Part shown: positions 24,801 to 37,374 of the stretch, piece after piece
Numbering within the stretch: the stretch's first letter is position 1
Layout of the letters: every line of letters starts with the position of its first letter
From: Octopus sinensis
Lineage: Eukaryota
NCBI RefSeq assembly: GCF_006345805.1
Contig: NC_043012.1
Location: 45,446,001-45,510,000, forward strand
Direction of reading: 5' to 3'
DNA length: 64,000 nt
The notes under the pieces: model-generated
What the model was told of the DNA's origin: nothing
What the model saw: the letters and a program-made list of their open reading frames with translations, nothing else
The model's database searches: none
Program-made: the position numbers and the translations under genes

Positions 24801-25689
24801 TTCTTGGCGGGGGGGGGGGGGTCAGCAGCATATAATCGGAAGTGGGTGTAAATGGTAAAAGACCATTTATTTTTCGTATTTCTTTTCCATAGACACTGAG
24901 AGAAGTGAGATTGAGTTAGTAAGGTATTCAAAACCCTGAGACCTGTCTCAAATACTTTCAAAGGGGTGAAGTTCTTTAAAGAAATTCGAGGTCATGTAGT
25001 GGTAATAAACCGAGTAGTGAATTCAGTTTACCACTTTGCCATCTAAGTAGACTTAAGTTCGCAGCAATGCATGACAAATACCACGTGGAATTTCATGCGA
25101 CACTTTGCTACGTATTACACAGTATAAAAATAAAAAAAATGCCTTCGTATTTCGATCGCACTTCAAAAAAGAGAATATTAATTCAGTCCCGAAGTAAGAC
25201 GATGGATCAAATTTAGGAATGCAAGAACCTAGAAAAATTTTAATTACTCACAAACAAAAAAGAACATAGTAAGAAACAATTGTTTATAATTTTGAGAGAT
25301 ACACAAAATTACAAATGCTGTAATTGGTAGAAATGTGTAAAAGGGAAACTTAAATGTTTCCGCCATTTATTCTTATCATATTTTCGAAAATATATATTTG
25401 TATTGTACGGTCAGTACAGATGCCATTGTTAGGCTTCAAAATTGGTATGGAAACCTGTGCATAGACCATGCATCTGCAGTTGCGTTGCTACATGTATTTC
25501 GCAAGTTTAATAACTGGTTATTTTGTTTTTATTCACGTCTTTTAGCAAACTAACTATTAATATGCCGTTTCCTGCTACATGTAGATCTTGGTTACATGAA
25601 CATGAAGAAGCAAACTTTGCCCACATAATTATTATTTCAAGATGCAACAAATAGATATACATACACACTATTACTAACACATACATACA

Positions 25690-25780
<91 letters not shown>

Positions 25781-26191
25781 ATAGCGATGATATTATTAAA
25801 ATTCCATCACGAGTGGTAAGCGAATTATCAGCCGTACAGGCAAATTAAGAAATAATATACATACAATATTAGATATGTACATATATAAATTCACAAGGGT
25901 TCCACATGAGTACCTATATCGCTAAAAAATAGAAGTCAAAAAATTCTTCTGTACCAGCGAATAGTTACAAATCTATTACAGTCATGACAGGCAAAAAATA
26001 CCAGTGAACAATAATGTCTTACCTCTAATGGGTCAGAACCAGTAAATGCTGGTCAACCTCCTACCGGTTTCGAAATTTAACGCCAAATAGGTGCCCGATT
26101 TCTCATTAACCAAAGACCGTCAGCTAAATTCTACTAACATTCTCCCCCATCAGATATGCAAAAGTTCAAAAGTTCGTTTGAAGTGACCAAG

Positions 26192-26271
<80 letters not shown>

Positions 26272-28775
26272 TATATATACATATATACATATATATACAT
26301 ATATACAGAGGATAAATTTTCTTTGCATTTTTAATTAGAATTTGTTTCCAGCAACCTCTCTTATTCTTCAAGGCACAATCCCACGGAACTAAGTTGGATT
26401 AATCGTCGATGGCAGTGATGCCACCTGATGCTGGTAATTCATCTTTCCCTTAGACAATACCAGACACTCGATAGTGAATCGGAATTAGAATTTTTGATTG
26501 GTCTTAATAGGAACCGCTTAGAGAGAAAGAGAGAGGGAGTGGGAGACAGAGATTGGGGGAGAGAAAGATCGGGGGAAAGAGAGTGAGTGTGTGTGTGCAT
26601 GTGTGTATGCTTGCGCGGTATTTTACATGTTTCAGTGACTTACATAAAACAAAAGTTTATTTGGATGTGGTTTTGTGCTCAACATATCATTGATGTAAAA
26701 TCCAGTATGAGACGATGGTTAAGAGTCTTCGTTTTAAGGAGGAATTCTCTAAGAACCACAATAATTCTGGCCGTTCGTTGAAATAATTATAAGAAAAACT
26801 TCAAGTGAATGTTAAGTAGATTTGGTGTCATCAGAAGAACAAATCAAAATATAAACTGAGTCAACATTGTATATCGAGTATCGGGAGTAGAATTCCGAAA
26901 TACAGTTATTATAACGGAAGTGCACAATCTCTTCTAAGTTAGACCAGATATACACTTCATACAATTAGATCGAATTCACAGATCAAACACTAGAATACCT
27001 TTCATAAGAAACTGATTTCATCACCTCCAGCAGAAGTATGGTTCCTTCGTATACATGAAAGATACAGCAATGAATGAACAAAAGTTTAGATGTGTCACAG
27101 TTTACGAAAAATCTTCAACTAAATAAATTGAGTAATGTCCCTTAATGCAGGTATTTCCTTTGATGAATTTTAGGGAAGACAATTCTGATATGAAATTCAC
27201 AGGTAATATTACTAGTTTATGACATTGATATTCAAAACGGTGCAGCGTTATCCTTTATAGCCTTCAGATTTACAGATAGATATAATTAAACTGCAAAAAT
27301 AACATCATGAAAAGAAACTTCTAATAATTTTATTACTCAGCTATCATAGTGCAGATATAATCCTTATTCTAAAAAAAATGAAAATCATACAAAATATTCG
27401 AATTAGATAACAATGATTAGTCTGTCTGTGATGTTTAGTCTGTGACTGACTAGTTAGGTACCAGAATTATAAATGGCACATCTTGTACTTTATCACTTCC
27501 TCCCGCTTAATTCATCGTCATGATTCTCATCATGATCATCATCGTTCTCGTCATCGTCGTCGTCGCCATCAACATCCATTTTTTGTGGTCGTTGTCATCA
27601 TTTTCGTCATGGGCATTCATGCTTCGATCATTAGCACAAATCACTATACTCCCACACAAACATGCAAATATATATGTGGAGTAATATTTGTTTCTTTTTG
27701 TATAGGATTGTTTTAATCATAACGTACGCATACACGTACACATACAAATTTAATGCAGTGATGTATGATCAAAGCGAAACTGTGTTCATATATTTAAAAC
27801 GTATGATTCTGTTTGTGCGTAAAATATGAAAGAAATAATGTAGAGATAAAAGACAACATTCCTCCACTTTAAAATACATTATGAATATGTATGTGAATTT
27901 ATATTCACTGAAGTGTCAGCCACATTTTTTTGTACATGAAGAGACAAATGTGAGTGACACACATCTCACTAGCTGTCTTATGTATGTGATGTTGTTATAG
28001 CAAATGATTGTATTATGCTCCACTATTTCTTTCCCTTTAGTAATATTAGTGAGGAATCTAACGTTGACAGACACGAAGTATATTTTCTTTTACTTCAAAG
28101 ATTACTTACGTATGTCGATCTTCTAATTTGTAATTTCGTTTCCATTTAATTGGCTTTAATAGGAAATTTCATTTTCGCTGCTCTCTTTGCCCATCACCAA
28201 GTATGTTTAATAAATTTTCCTTAACTATAAATTTGTTTCCACATTTTGAATCTATTTTTATTTATTTCCAAATATGTCATGCTCATGGAAAGTCAAAAGT
28301 ACTTTACTTCGTTTTTGTATTTGATTTTCAAGACACTTGATCCGAATTCGTGAAACAAATCTTGTGTATACGGAAAGTTGTTACGCAATTAAAACTTCAA
28401 ATAATACACGCACTTGCTCAAAACCACTTCTTTATTTTACCAACGAACTGTCCAACGGTTTGTTTAATAAGTTGATTGAGTCCTCTCGTTGCTATGTGTG
28501 ACCTTATCAATGACATATGTTTATTCGAATTTTTCTTTTGAGATAATGGCTCTCCCTAGACACAACAACATGGTATTATAAGAATAAATACGGTACAATT
28601 AAATATATCCAATATGCTGGTGTCAATCACGAATATTATAGTTATACATGTAAATAAATGAATATAATATCGTGCCAAGTCTTTGAGTAATTGCACGGAG
28701 GGGTATTAACTAACATCATCCTATTCATTCACTCCTAATCCTTATGTAAGAACTAATATTATAAAACGTGTGAAG

Positions 28776-29225
28776 ACGGTGATCTGGCAGAATCGTTAGC
28801 AACACTGGACAAAACGCTTTGCAGCATTTCCTTTGTGTCTACATTCTGGGTTCACATTCCGCCGAGTTTGACTTAGCCATTGATAAGGCGGCGAGCTGGC
28901 AGAAACGTTAGCACGCCGGGCGAAATGCGTAGCCGTATTTCGTCTGCAGTTACGTTCTGAGTTCAAATTTCGCCGAGGTCGACTTTGCCTTTCATCCTTT
29001 CGGGGTCGATTAAATAAGTACCAGTTATGTACTGGGGTCGATATAATCGACTTAATCGGTTTGTCCCTTCTGTGTTTAGCTCCTTGTGGGCAGTAAAGAA
29101 ATAGTTTGACTTAGCCATTCATTTTTTTCAAAGATAAAATAAATATCACTCAAGCTCTGGGTCAATGGAATCGACTTACTTCCTCTCTCGACATTGCTGG
29201 CCTTTTGCCAAAATTTGAAATCAAC
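28776..29225 (+). mobile_element. Older tRNA-derived SINE (OK-like) split by a younger SINE insertion
   Basis: The 5' half (28776-28881) and 3' half (29103-29225) join into one SINE-like unit. Confidence 0.75.
28882..29102 (+). mobile_element. Younger tRNA-derived SINE (OK-like) with a 17-bp target-site duplication
   Basis: A box TGGCAGAAACGTTAG and B box GAGTTCAAATT; flanked by AGTTTGACTTAGCCATT at 28865-28881 and 29103-29119. Confidence 0.88.
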
Positions 29226-30092
29226 ATTACTCGGCTCTATAACTCCTATAGTGATGGCAATATTTTAGTTATTTAATTTCAAATTCCATCTGAAGTAGTT
29301 TTTGGCCATCAACATCTACAACACTGGTGATCTCAACAATAACACGAACTTTAAATTATCTTATTTTCCAAAAATATTACACAAAGGAATCTAGTAAAAT
29401 AGAAACAAATCATATTACAAGATTTCTGGGCCATATGAAGCGGGGTTGAATAATGGAGTGTTATGCCTATGAACTTCTCTTAAAATCAAGACGAATGACG
29501 TTTGTAATTTACATATATTCAAACGCTGGCGTCAAACAGTTAACATGTCACAGGAAGCTAAACCTTCTACTCTCAGTTTCATGTCAACCATCGGTAAATT
29601 TTCCCGTTGCTATTTTTGACTCAGTTTAAAATTATAACATTAATTTTACACATACGCCCACACGCATAGGCAAACCCACACACGCAACAGATGTCCATAT
29701 CATTTATAAATTATTTCCAGCATTATTTCTCTGCAGCAAAATATTAAATGGAATCAACCAACTATTGACACATTATATAATATACGTCGTCTCAAATGAG
29801 TTACTAAATAACGTTCTATTTTGAAAATCACATTTCTCTTTAGACGGCGTACAAAACATGTAAAATCCTCCGTGACCATTATAAGGCTGTCCGTCGCTTT
29901 AAATTAAGTATGAAACTGACCGAAACGAACTTAAGTACGGAGAAGCAGGTACTGTACTGCATGTATTATTGCGTATACTTGTCATTCATAACATTGAAAA
30001 TAACACACCAAAAGATATTCAAACTACAATAAATTTATTACAAAATTCAAGTACGTAGGGACTTCAAGCTTTGCATTTCAACATGTTTAACC

Positions 30093-30249
<157 letters not shown>

Positions 30250-30268
30250 CAGATAGATAGATAGATAG

Positions 30269-30318
<50 letters not shown>

Positions 30319-30322
30319 ACAT

Positions 30323-30361
<39 letters not shown>

Positions 30362-30375
30362 TAGATAGATAGATA

Positions 30376-31490
30376 TGTTTCTTTATTAGCCACACAGGGC
30401 TGCACACAGATAGAACAAATTACAAGGTAGAGCTTTTCTTTTGAAGGTATTAAAAAAAAAAAAAAAAAAAAGGAAGGGGGAGGTTCGATCAAAAGGGATC
30501 GTAAAAGGAGAGAAAGAGGACAAAAATAAGGGGGGTTAAAAAAAAAAAAAAAAGGGGGGGGGGGAGAGGAAAAAAAAATGATCAATAGGGATCGTTATCA
30601 CAGAAATGTCAATATGAAGTGTAAAGGGGAGGACAGGTGAGGTTTACCCGTGGAAAGAAAAGCCTGCGGAAAAGACCACGGTAACCTCGGTCAATGAAGT
30701 CACATTTTATATTTCTTTTTTTTTTTTTTTTTTTTTTTTTGCAAATAAGCAACTCTCTGTTTTCGATTTCTGGGTTCATAGGACTATGCTCAAGGTGGCT
30801 TCGTCATTCATACGTGCCATTCTTGCTACATTCACCCATCTTTTTTTAAAACATTCGCTAGACAAAACTTGCCTCTCTACTCTCACTTTCCTTTTCAAGT
30901 GGTACTTGAAGAAGTTGATGAGAGATTGACCAGAGAGGAAAGTGTTTGTCTCCAATCCTTTCAGACGCGTCCACCAGATACATTCTTTCGCCATAGCCAC
31001 AAGGATGATGAAAATAGCTCTTCCTTCCCGTTTGAAGGAAGGAGGCGTGACAATATTGACGATAGACTCAGCTGATAAACCGACTCGTCCCACACGTGAC
31101 AGCAGTTGTTCGACATAAGCCCACAGGTCGGAAATTGTTGGACACTGAACGAGTGCGTGCAGAACGGTTTCGTCGCTCTGACCGCATCTCGGGCAGGTCG
31201 GCCCCGTGTTTCTCGAGCCGTGTCTGTAGAGCTTATCCCGAACGGGTAGCGCTTCTCGGTAGCACTGCCAGGCCAGGGATCTCTGGAAGTTGTCCATGGG
31301 CCCTGGCCCGAAAGTCGTCCCGAACAGGCGGGTCAGGTACTCCTCGTCGACGTCCAGGTTCGCCCCGAGCTCGTCGTCGTACCTCCCCTCCACTAAACCC
31401 CTATAGAATGCTTTGGTTGTGTTGAAGTCACTTAAGGTCGACCCAGGACGGCAGAGTTGCTTGAGAGCAACGCGACACTCGCGGTGCCAT
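30376..31490 (-). mobile_element. Tx1/L1-clade LINE copy C, 5'-truncated (ORF2 C-terminus with CCHC motif plus 3' UTR)
   Basis: ORF 30776-31393 matches the ORF2 C-terminus of copy B. It ends AATAAAGAAACA on the minus strand, and both junctions abut (TATC)n on its sense strand. Confidence 0.95.
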
Positions 31491-31615
31491 TAGATAGATA
31501 GATAGATAGATAAATAGGTAGATAGATAGATAAACTGATAGATAGATAGATAGATAGATAGATACATACATACATACATACATACATACATACATACATA
31601 CATACATACATACAT

Positions 31616-32112
31616 AAAGAAAAATAGCTGGGTAGGAAAATTATAGAAATTTTTCTATCAGTGGCCTAGCATGAAGAAAATAGTCAATCGACTATATTAT
31701 TCATATAAAATTAGTGTACATTTAAACACAAAGAGGTGATCCTAACAGGACATCTAACATGCTAGAAGGAGCAGTCAAATCCAAACCACGGTTAGGGGTA
31801 ATTTCGAAGGGAATGAAAAATAAAAAAAAACATTTACCATATTATTTTATTTGCTAATTAAAGTTCGAAACCATGGTCTGGGAACAAAATATGGTAACTG
31901 TTTTTATTATTCATTCCCTTCGATATTACCCCTAACCGTGGTTTGAATTTTGACTTCTTCTAGCAATGTTAGGCGTCCTGTTAGGGTCACCCCTTTTGTG
32001 TTTAAATGTACACTAATTTTATATGAATAATATAATCGATTGACTATTTTCTTCATGCTAGGCCACTGATAGAAAAATTTCTATAATTTTCCTACCCTGC
32101 CTATTTTTCTTT
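31616..32112. repeat. Foldback/MITE-like palindrome (arms about 230 bp, loop about 40 nt) with mirror-image flanking (TAGA)n(TACA)n and (TGTA)n(TCTA)n arrays
   Basis: AAAGAAAAATAG...GGTAGGAAAATTATAGAAATTTTTCTATCAGTGGCCTAGC is mirrored at 32050-32112; TA on both sides. Confidence 0.9.
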
Positions 32113-32171
32113 ATGTATGTATGTATGTATGTATGTATGTATGTATGTATTTATGTATGTATGTATGTATG

Positions 32172-32213
<42 letters not shown>

Positions 32214-32214
32214 C

Positions 32215-32310
<96 letters not shown>

Positions 32311-32314
32311 ATGT

Positions 32315-32366
<52 letters not shown>

Positions 32367-32600
32367 GTATCTATCTATCTCTGGACAGACAGACGCAAGT
32401 CAAATGGGCTCCACGTAAGTTGGTAATTTTGTACGTTCAAAAGTGTATATTGACAAATATTTTGTGTTTAAAAGTTGTGCAACAACATCCACTGCAAACC
32501 TTTGATAAATATCTACACAAAATTTTGCCTCTTGCGGGCAAAATTAAAAAGAAAATTCTCATAGCCTTCGTGGTTTCATTTAGCCATTTTATTTTCAAAA

Positions 32601-34621
32601 ATGGCCACTGGTCACCACGAGGCTGAGGTGCAAGTCAAGTGTGACGCAGAGACAAAAAACAGGATGCCCTGTTAGCATACGCTGAACCTGACAACAACAC
32701 CACCACCACCACCATCAGCATCGACAACAGCAACAACTATAAAACAAAGATCGTAAGGCCAAGCACCGTCACCACCATCAACACCGACACCACCACCATA
32801 GCAGCTTCTGCTACAACTGCTTCATCTACCAACAACAACAAAACTAAGGTCACCGACACCCTCCTTGACAACGCTTACGACGTTGAGTTCCCCACACTGC
32901 TTTTACCACAATTTCATAAAGCAGGGGAAATGGGGGAACACAACACGAACGCAAATGTGAGCATGAACGCTAACATCGCGACCTCCACTCAAAAACTGGT
33001 AAACAAACCGACTTCACAGTTTACTACTACTACGAACGACTCTGCCACAAACATCACCACCACCACCACCACCACCACCACCACCACCACCTCCACAAAA
33101 AAACAATTTCGCGGAAGCCATACGACCGAAAAGAAGAATCCTAAAATTTACTCACCAACAAATACAAGACACAAAGTCCTTGCTCACCAAAGAAGGCGAC
33201 ACAATACATTTAAATATTCCACGGAACATCATAGAAGAAACACAAAAGAAGACCATCATCTACAGAATACTCGACACCAAAACAAAAAGACCAGAAAGCC
33301 TACCTAAAGAATAAATTGAAAAGTGCCTCTCTTCCGTGTGGAAATTCCGAAATTATGTGAATTGGGGAAGTAAATTTGCTACCGTGCAAGTTCGCTTCCA
33401 TACGGAAGAACTAGCAAAAAGGTTTTCAACCCTTACACTGCGCACAGACCAGGTAACAATGGTACCTAGCTACCTTGGGCGCAGAATTACGAAAGTCACA
33501 ATAAATAATGTGCCGCCAATGGTGAATACCCAGTGGCTGGTATCGGCCATCTGCTTCGATATAGAAGAAGCAGATATTTTAGAAACAGCTGACATTCCAG
33601 AGGAAAGCTGGACTGGTAAAAAACTCGAAATATTGCTTCAAATCTCCCAAGAAGCAATAAACAACTTACCAGCCTGTGTTCAACTGGCAAAAGACCAAAA
33701 ATTGTATGTAGTGGTGGAGGGCAGGAGACCAAGATGCTATTTATGCAACAGTGAGGCACACCTTAGATACGAGTGCCCAACTGCTGTCAGAAATAGGCAA
33801 CAGCAACCACTCCCCAAACCTGGAAGGAAACCCCTGCTACCCACACCTCCTTCAACCCAAAAGACAGGAAAAACAGCGGACGATACAAAAACTGTTTCCC
33901 CCTCACCAACCACATCACCAAGAAGAGAATTACCTCCGACATCACAACCAACAAAAGAAGCAACATCACCACCAACATCAAAATATAGACCAACACCAAC
34001 ACCAGCACCAAGAACAACAACCAAAAAAACAAATAACAATGACGAAAAGACAAATTCTGCCCCTAACACCCCAACAACACAAACACCACGCAAAACAACA
34101 CACATATAGATCCAAACGCTTTGCCTTTACCCTCTTCTGATTCGGACTCGTCGTCCAACGACGAAAGTTCGACGGAATGGCAAATAGCCACAGGTGGTAA
34201 AAGGAAAAGACCCCAAAAAACCAAAGAAAACGCAACCAAAGCAGGGAGATACCTGAACCCTGAAAGCTCCATACACAACAAAACAAGCACCAACACCACA
34301 AAAACACACACGATGCTATCAGCGATAGATACAAAAGACTCCAAACTAATGGAGTACATCACAGGCTACACAAACATCTGTGAAGATGACTTCAAAGCTA
34401 ACAACCATCCACGCACTACACCACCCAAACACATCAAAATACTACACATCACACAAACACAACACCACAAACTCAAAGCCCTCTTCCCAAATGCTGTAGG
34501 GGGTTTCCAAAATATCTCTCCCAAAAACTTTATAAAAACCTCCTCCAAGACACATCAAAGAACGAGGAAGCCAAAACGTTCGACACAAGTAACTCTCTGT
34601 ACTTTCCTTTTTGTGTTTTAA
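32601..34621 (+). pseudogene. Tx1 ORF1 (gag-like: Thr-rich N-terminus, RRM-like region, CCHC zinc knuckle), frameshifted
   Basis: ORF pieces 32930, 33336 and 34121; CYLCNSEAHLRYEC fits CX2CX4HX4C. The start ATG at 32601 is inferred. Confidence 0.8.
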
Positions 34622-34642
34622 AGCACACGCCCCAATAGAATC

Positions 34643-36995
34643 ATGGTCAAGATTGGTTGTGTGAATGCGCGTGGCTTGGGGTCTCCTTGGAAACAATGGG
34701 TGCGCTTTTCGACTCGTATCAGTCTACGCACCGCCTTTATCAGGTCGGCCGGATTTCTTTCGACGTCTAGAAGTATTCTTGGGAACGTCTCGTCCTTTAC
34801 TTTTAGTGGGGGATTGGAATGCTACCTTGGACACGTATCTAGACTATGTGGGGAGAGACAAAAACAGAAGGGGATGCAAATGCCTCAGAGACCTGCTCAG
34901 ACGATTCCAACTGTCTGACAGGTACCGACTCGACCACCCAAATGCACCAACGTGGACATGGAGCAACCACAGTGGGTCATCGAGATCGTATCTACATAGG
35001 ATACTGTGTAGGACAGTAGACAGGGATAACTTAGGATGTCCACAATTCCACACAGTCAGCTACACGGATCACAAATTCGTGACGTGTACGCTAGACTTAG
35101 ATAAGGCACATATACAGAGTCCTGGTTACTGGAAACTGAACGCATCATTCCTGTCCAGACAAGTTTTCAGAGACAGAATCAACACGTTAGTAAAAAGAGA
35201 GCAGTAAAAGCGGAAGCAATTAGATATAGCAAGGCACTAGCCGTAGATAGAAATAGAGTAGAGGGTGAGTTAGTTAAGAAGTTAGAAGAGGCAATAAGAA
35301 GCGGCATCACATCCGACGTTTTAGCGGCGAAGTTGGCCCTTGACAACACTTCAACGCCAAACACGAAGGGCTAGGATGCATGCTCTAAGGATGGAAGGTG
35401 TTGGAGCCGCGAGGGAGGCCGGGGTGGCGGAGGCGCAGCGGGGCAACAAAGCCACCATTCGGTTTCTAGTAGATGAACAAGGGCGCGAATTGCTCAAGCC
35501 CAGCAAGATGTGCGAGACATTTCAGCGGCACTTTGCCAAGAGGTTGGAGCTTGTCATCGAGAAACTGGTCGACAACGCACAAACGTGCGCGGTGCCGGGC
35601 CGGAGCATCCAAGACAACCTCCATATGATGCGCTACATCATAGACAGAGTAGTTAAGGAACCTGGCATGGGTGGGGCCCTGATCAACTTGGACCAATCGA
35701 AAGCCTTCGATAGGGTAGACCATCGATGCTTGGAGGCAGTCCTGAGAGCGGCTGGTTTCGGTCCCGTCTTCCGCGGCTGGATAGCTGCCTTGTACAGAGG
35801 CATCCGTTCGGTAATTCGCGTAAATGGACATCTATCGAGACCTTTCGACATTGCACGTTCGGTCCGTCAGGGATGCCCCCTCTCAGCGCTTCTATACGTA
35901 TTGACTCTTGAGCCACTACTGCGGAAGCTGGCGACTCTGAGGGGCATCCCGCGAGAATTGGGATGCGGGACGAACTGGAACGAGATAACGAGTAGGGTGG
36001 TCACTCTCGCCCAGCAATGGGCCGAGAGGAAACTGTCCCTAAAAGGTCGCGTGGAGGTGGCGAACTTGTACATCGCGTCCATCATCTACTACCGCCTGAC
36101 CGGTGTGCCTTGTCCCGACCCTACCATCACCAAACTAGAATGCATTCTCTTCCGCTTCTTGTGGAAATAATGCGTCCCGATGGTCAGGCGATCCATTTGC
36201 TGTCAACACCCGTTAAAAGGAGGGCTGGGTATGCCATGGTTGATGATGCGCAGACACGCGCTGAGACTGCGACATCTCCGGCTCTATGTAGACGACGGTG
36301 AACAGGTGTGGTCGCCGTTTGTGAGGCACGCGTTCCCGCAGCTCGTCTCCATGACCGAACTGCAGTCGTGGATCAAAAAGAGACCGAGGAAGGGCGAATG
36401 GCACCGCGAGTGTCGCGTTGCTCTCAAGCAACTCTGCCGTCCCGGCTCGACCTTGAGTGACTTCAACACAACCAAAGCATTCTATAGGGGATTAGTGGAG
36501 GGGAGGTACGACGACGATCTTGGGGCAAACCTGGGCGTCGAGGAGGAATACCTGACCCGCCTGTTTCAAACGACTTTCGGCCCGGGACCTATGGACAACT
36601 TCCAGAGATCCCTGGCCTAGCGGTGCTACCGAGAAGCGCTACCCGTTCGGAATAAGCTCTATAGGCATGGCTCGAGAAACACGGGGCCGACCTGCCCGAG
36701 ATGCGGGAAGAGCGACGAACCCGCTCTGCACGCAATCGTGCAGTGCCCAGCATTTTCCGACCTGTGGGCTTATGTCGAACGACTGCTGTCACGTGTGGGA
36801 CGTGTCGGTTTATCAGCCGAGTCTATCGTTAATATCGTCACGCCTCCTTCCTTCAAACGGGAAGGAAGAGCTATTTTTATCATACTTGTGGCTATGGCGA
36901 AAGAATGTATCTGGTGGACGCGCCTGAAAGGATTAGAGACAAACACTTTCCTCTCTGGTCAATCTCTCATCAACTTCTTCAAGTATCACTATTGA
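34643..36995 (+). pseudogene. Tx1 ORF2 of copy A (APE-RT), YADD motif deleted
   Basis: MVKIGCVNARGL, LVGDWNA, DQSKAFDRVDH and QGCPLS; collinear with copy B apart from the deletions. Confidence 0.9.
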
Positions 36996-37275
36996 TACCG
37001 ATAACGATCCCTATTGATCAATTTTTTTTCCTTTCCCTTTTTTTCCTCACCTCCCCCTTTTTTATATTTTATTTTTTTAAAATTTTATTTTATCCCCCCT
37101 TTTTTGTCCTCTTTCTTTCCATTTACGATCCCTTTTGATCGAAAACCAAACCCTCTTCTTTTACCCCCAAAAGAAAAGCTCTACCTTGTAATTTTGTCCT
37201 GTCTGTGTGCAGCCCTGTGTGGCTAATAAAGAAACATATCTATCTATCTATCAATCTATATATCTATCTATCTGT

Positions 37276-37374
<99 letters not shown>

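Larger units (their letters stand above)
32381..37236 (+). mobile_element. Tx1/L1-clade LINE copy A, apparently 5'-complete but with six internal deletions; non-functional
   Basis: Putative 5' UTR, ORF1, APE-RT ORF2 and 3' UTR ending AATAAAGAAACA; (TATC)n on both sides. The 5' boundary is inferred from the microsatellite edge. Confidence 0.93.

Noticed and set aside
26057-26115. Hammerhead-like remnant on the minus strand (TTAATGA...GAAAT/ATTTC-GAAA-CCGG-TA)
   Set aside because: The core is doubly mutated (including G5) and stem I does not pair; too decayed to call, so it is excluded from the 3-8 series.
34696-36995. Splicing as the cause of the copy A deletions
   Set aside because: No register of the microhomologies examined gives GT...AG boundaries.
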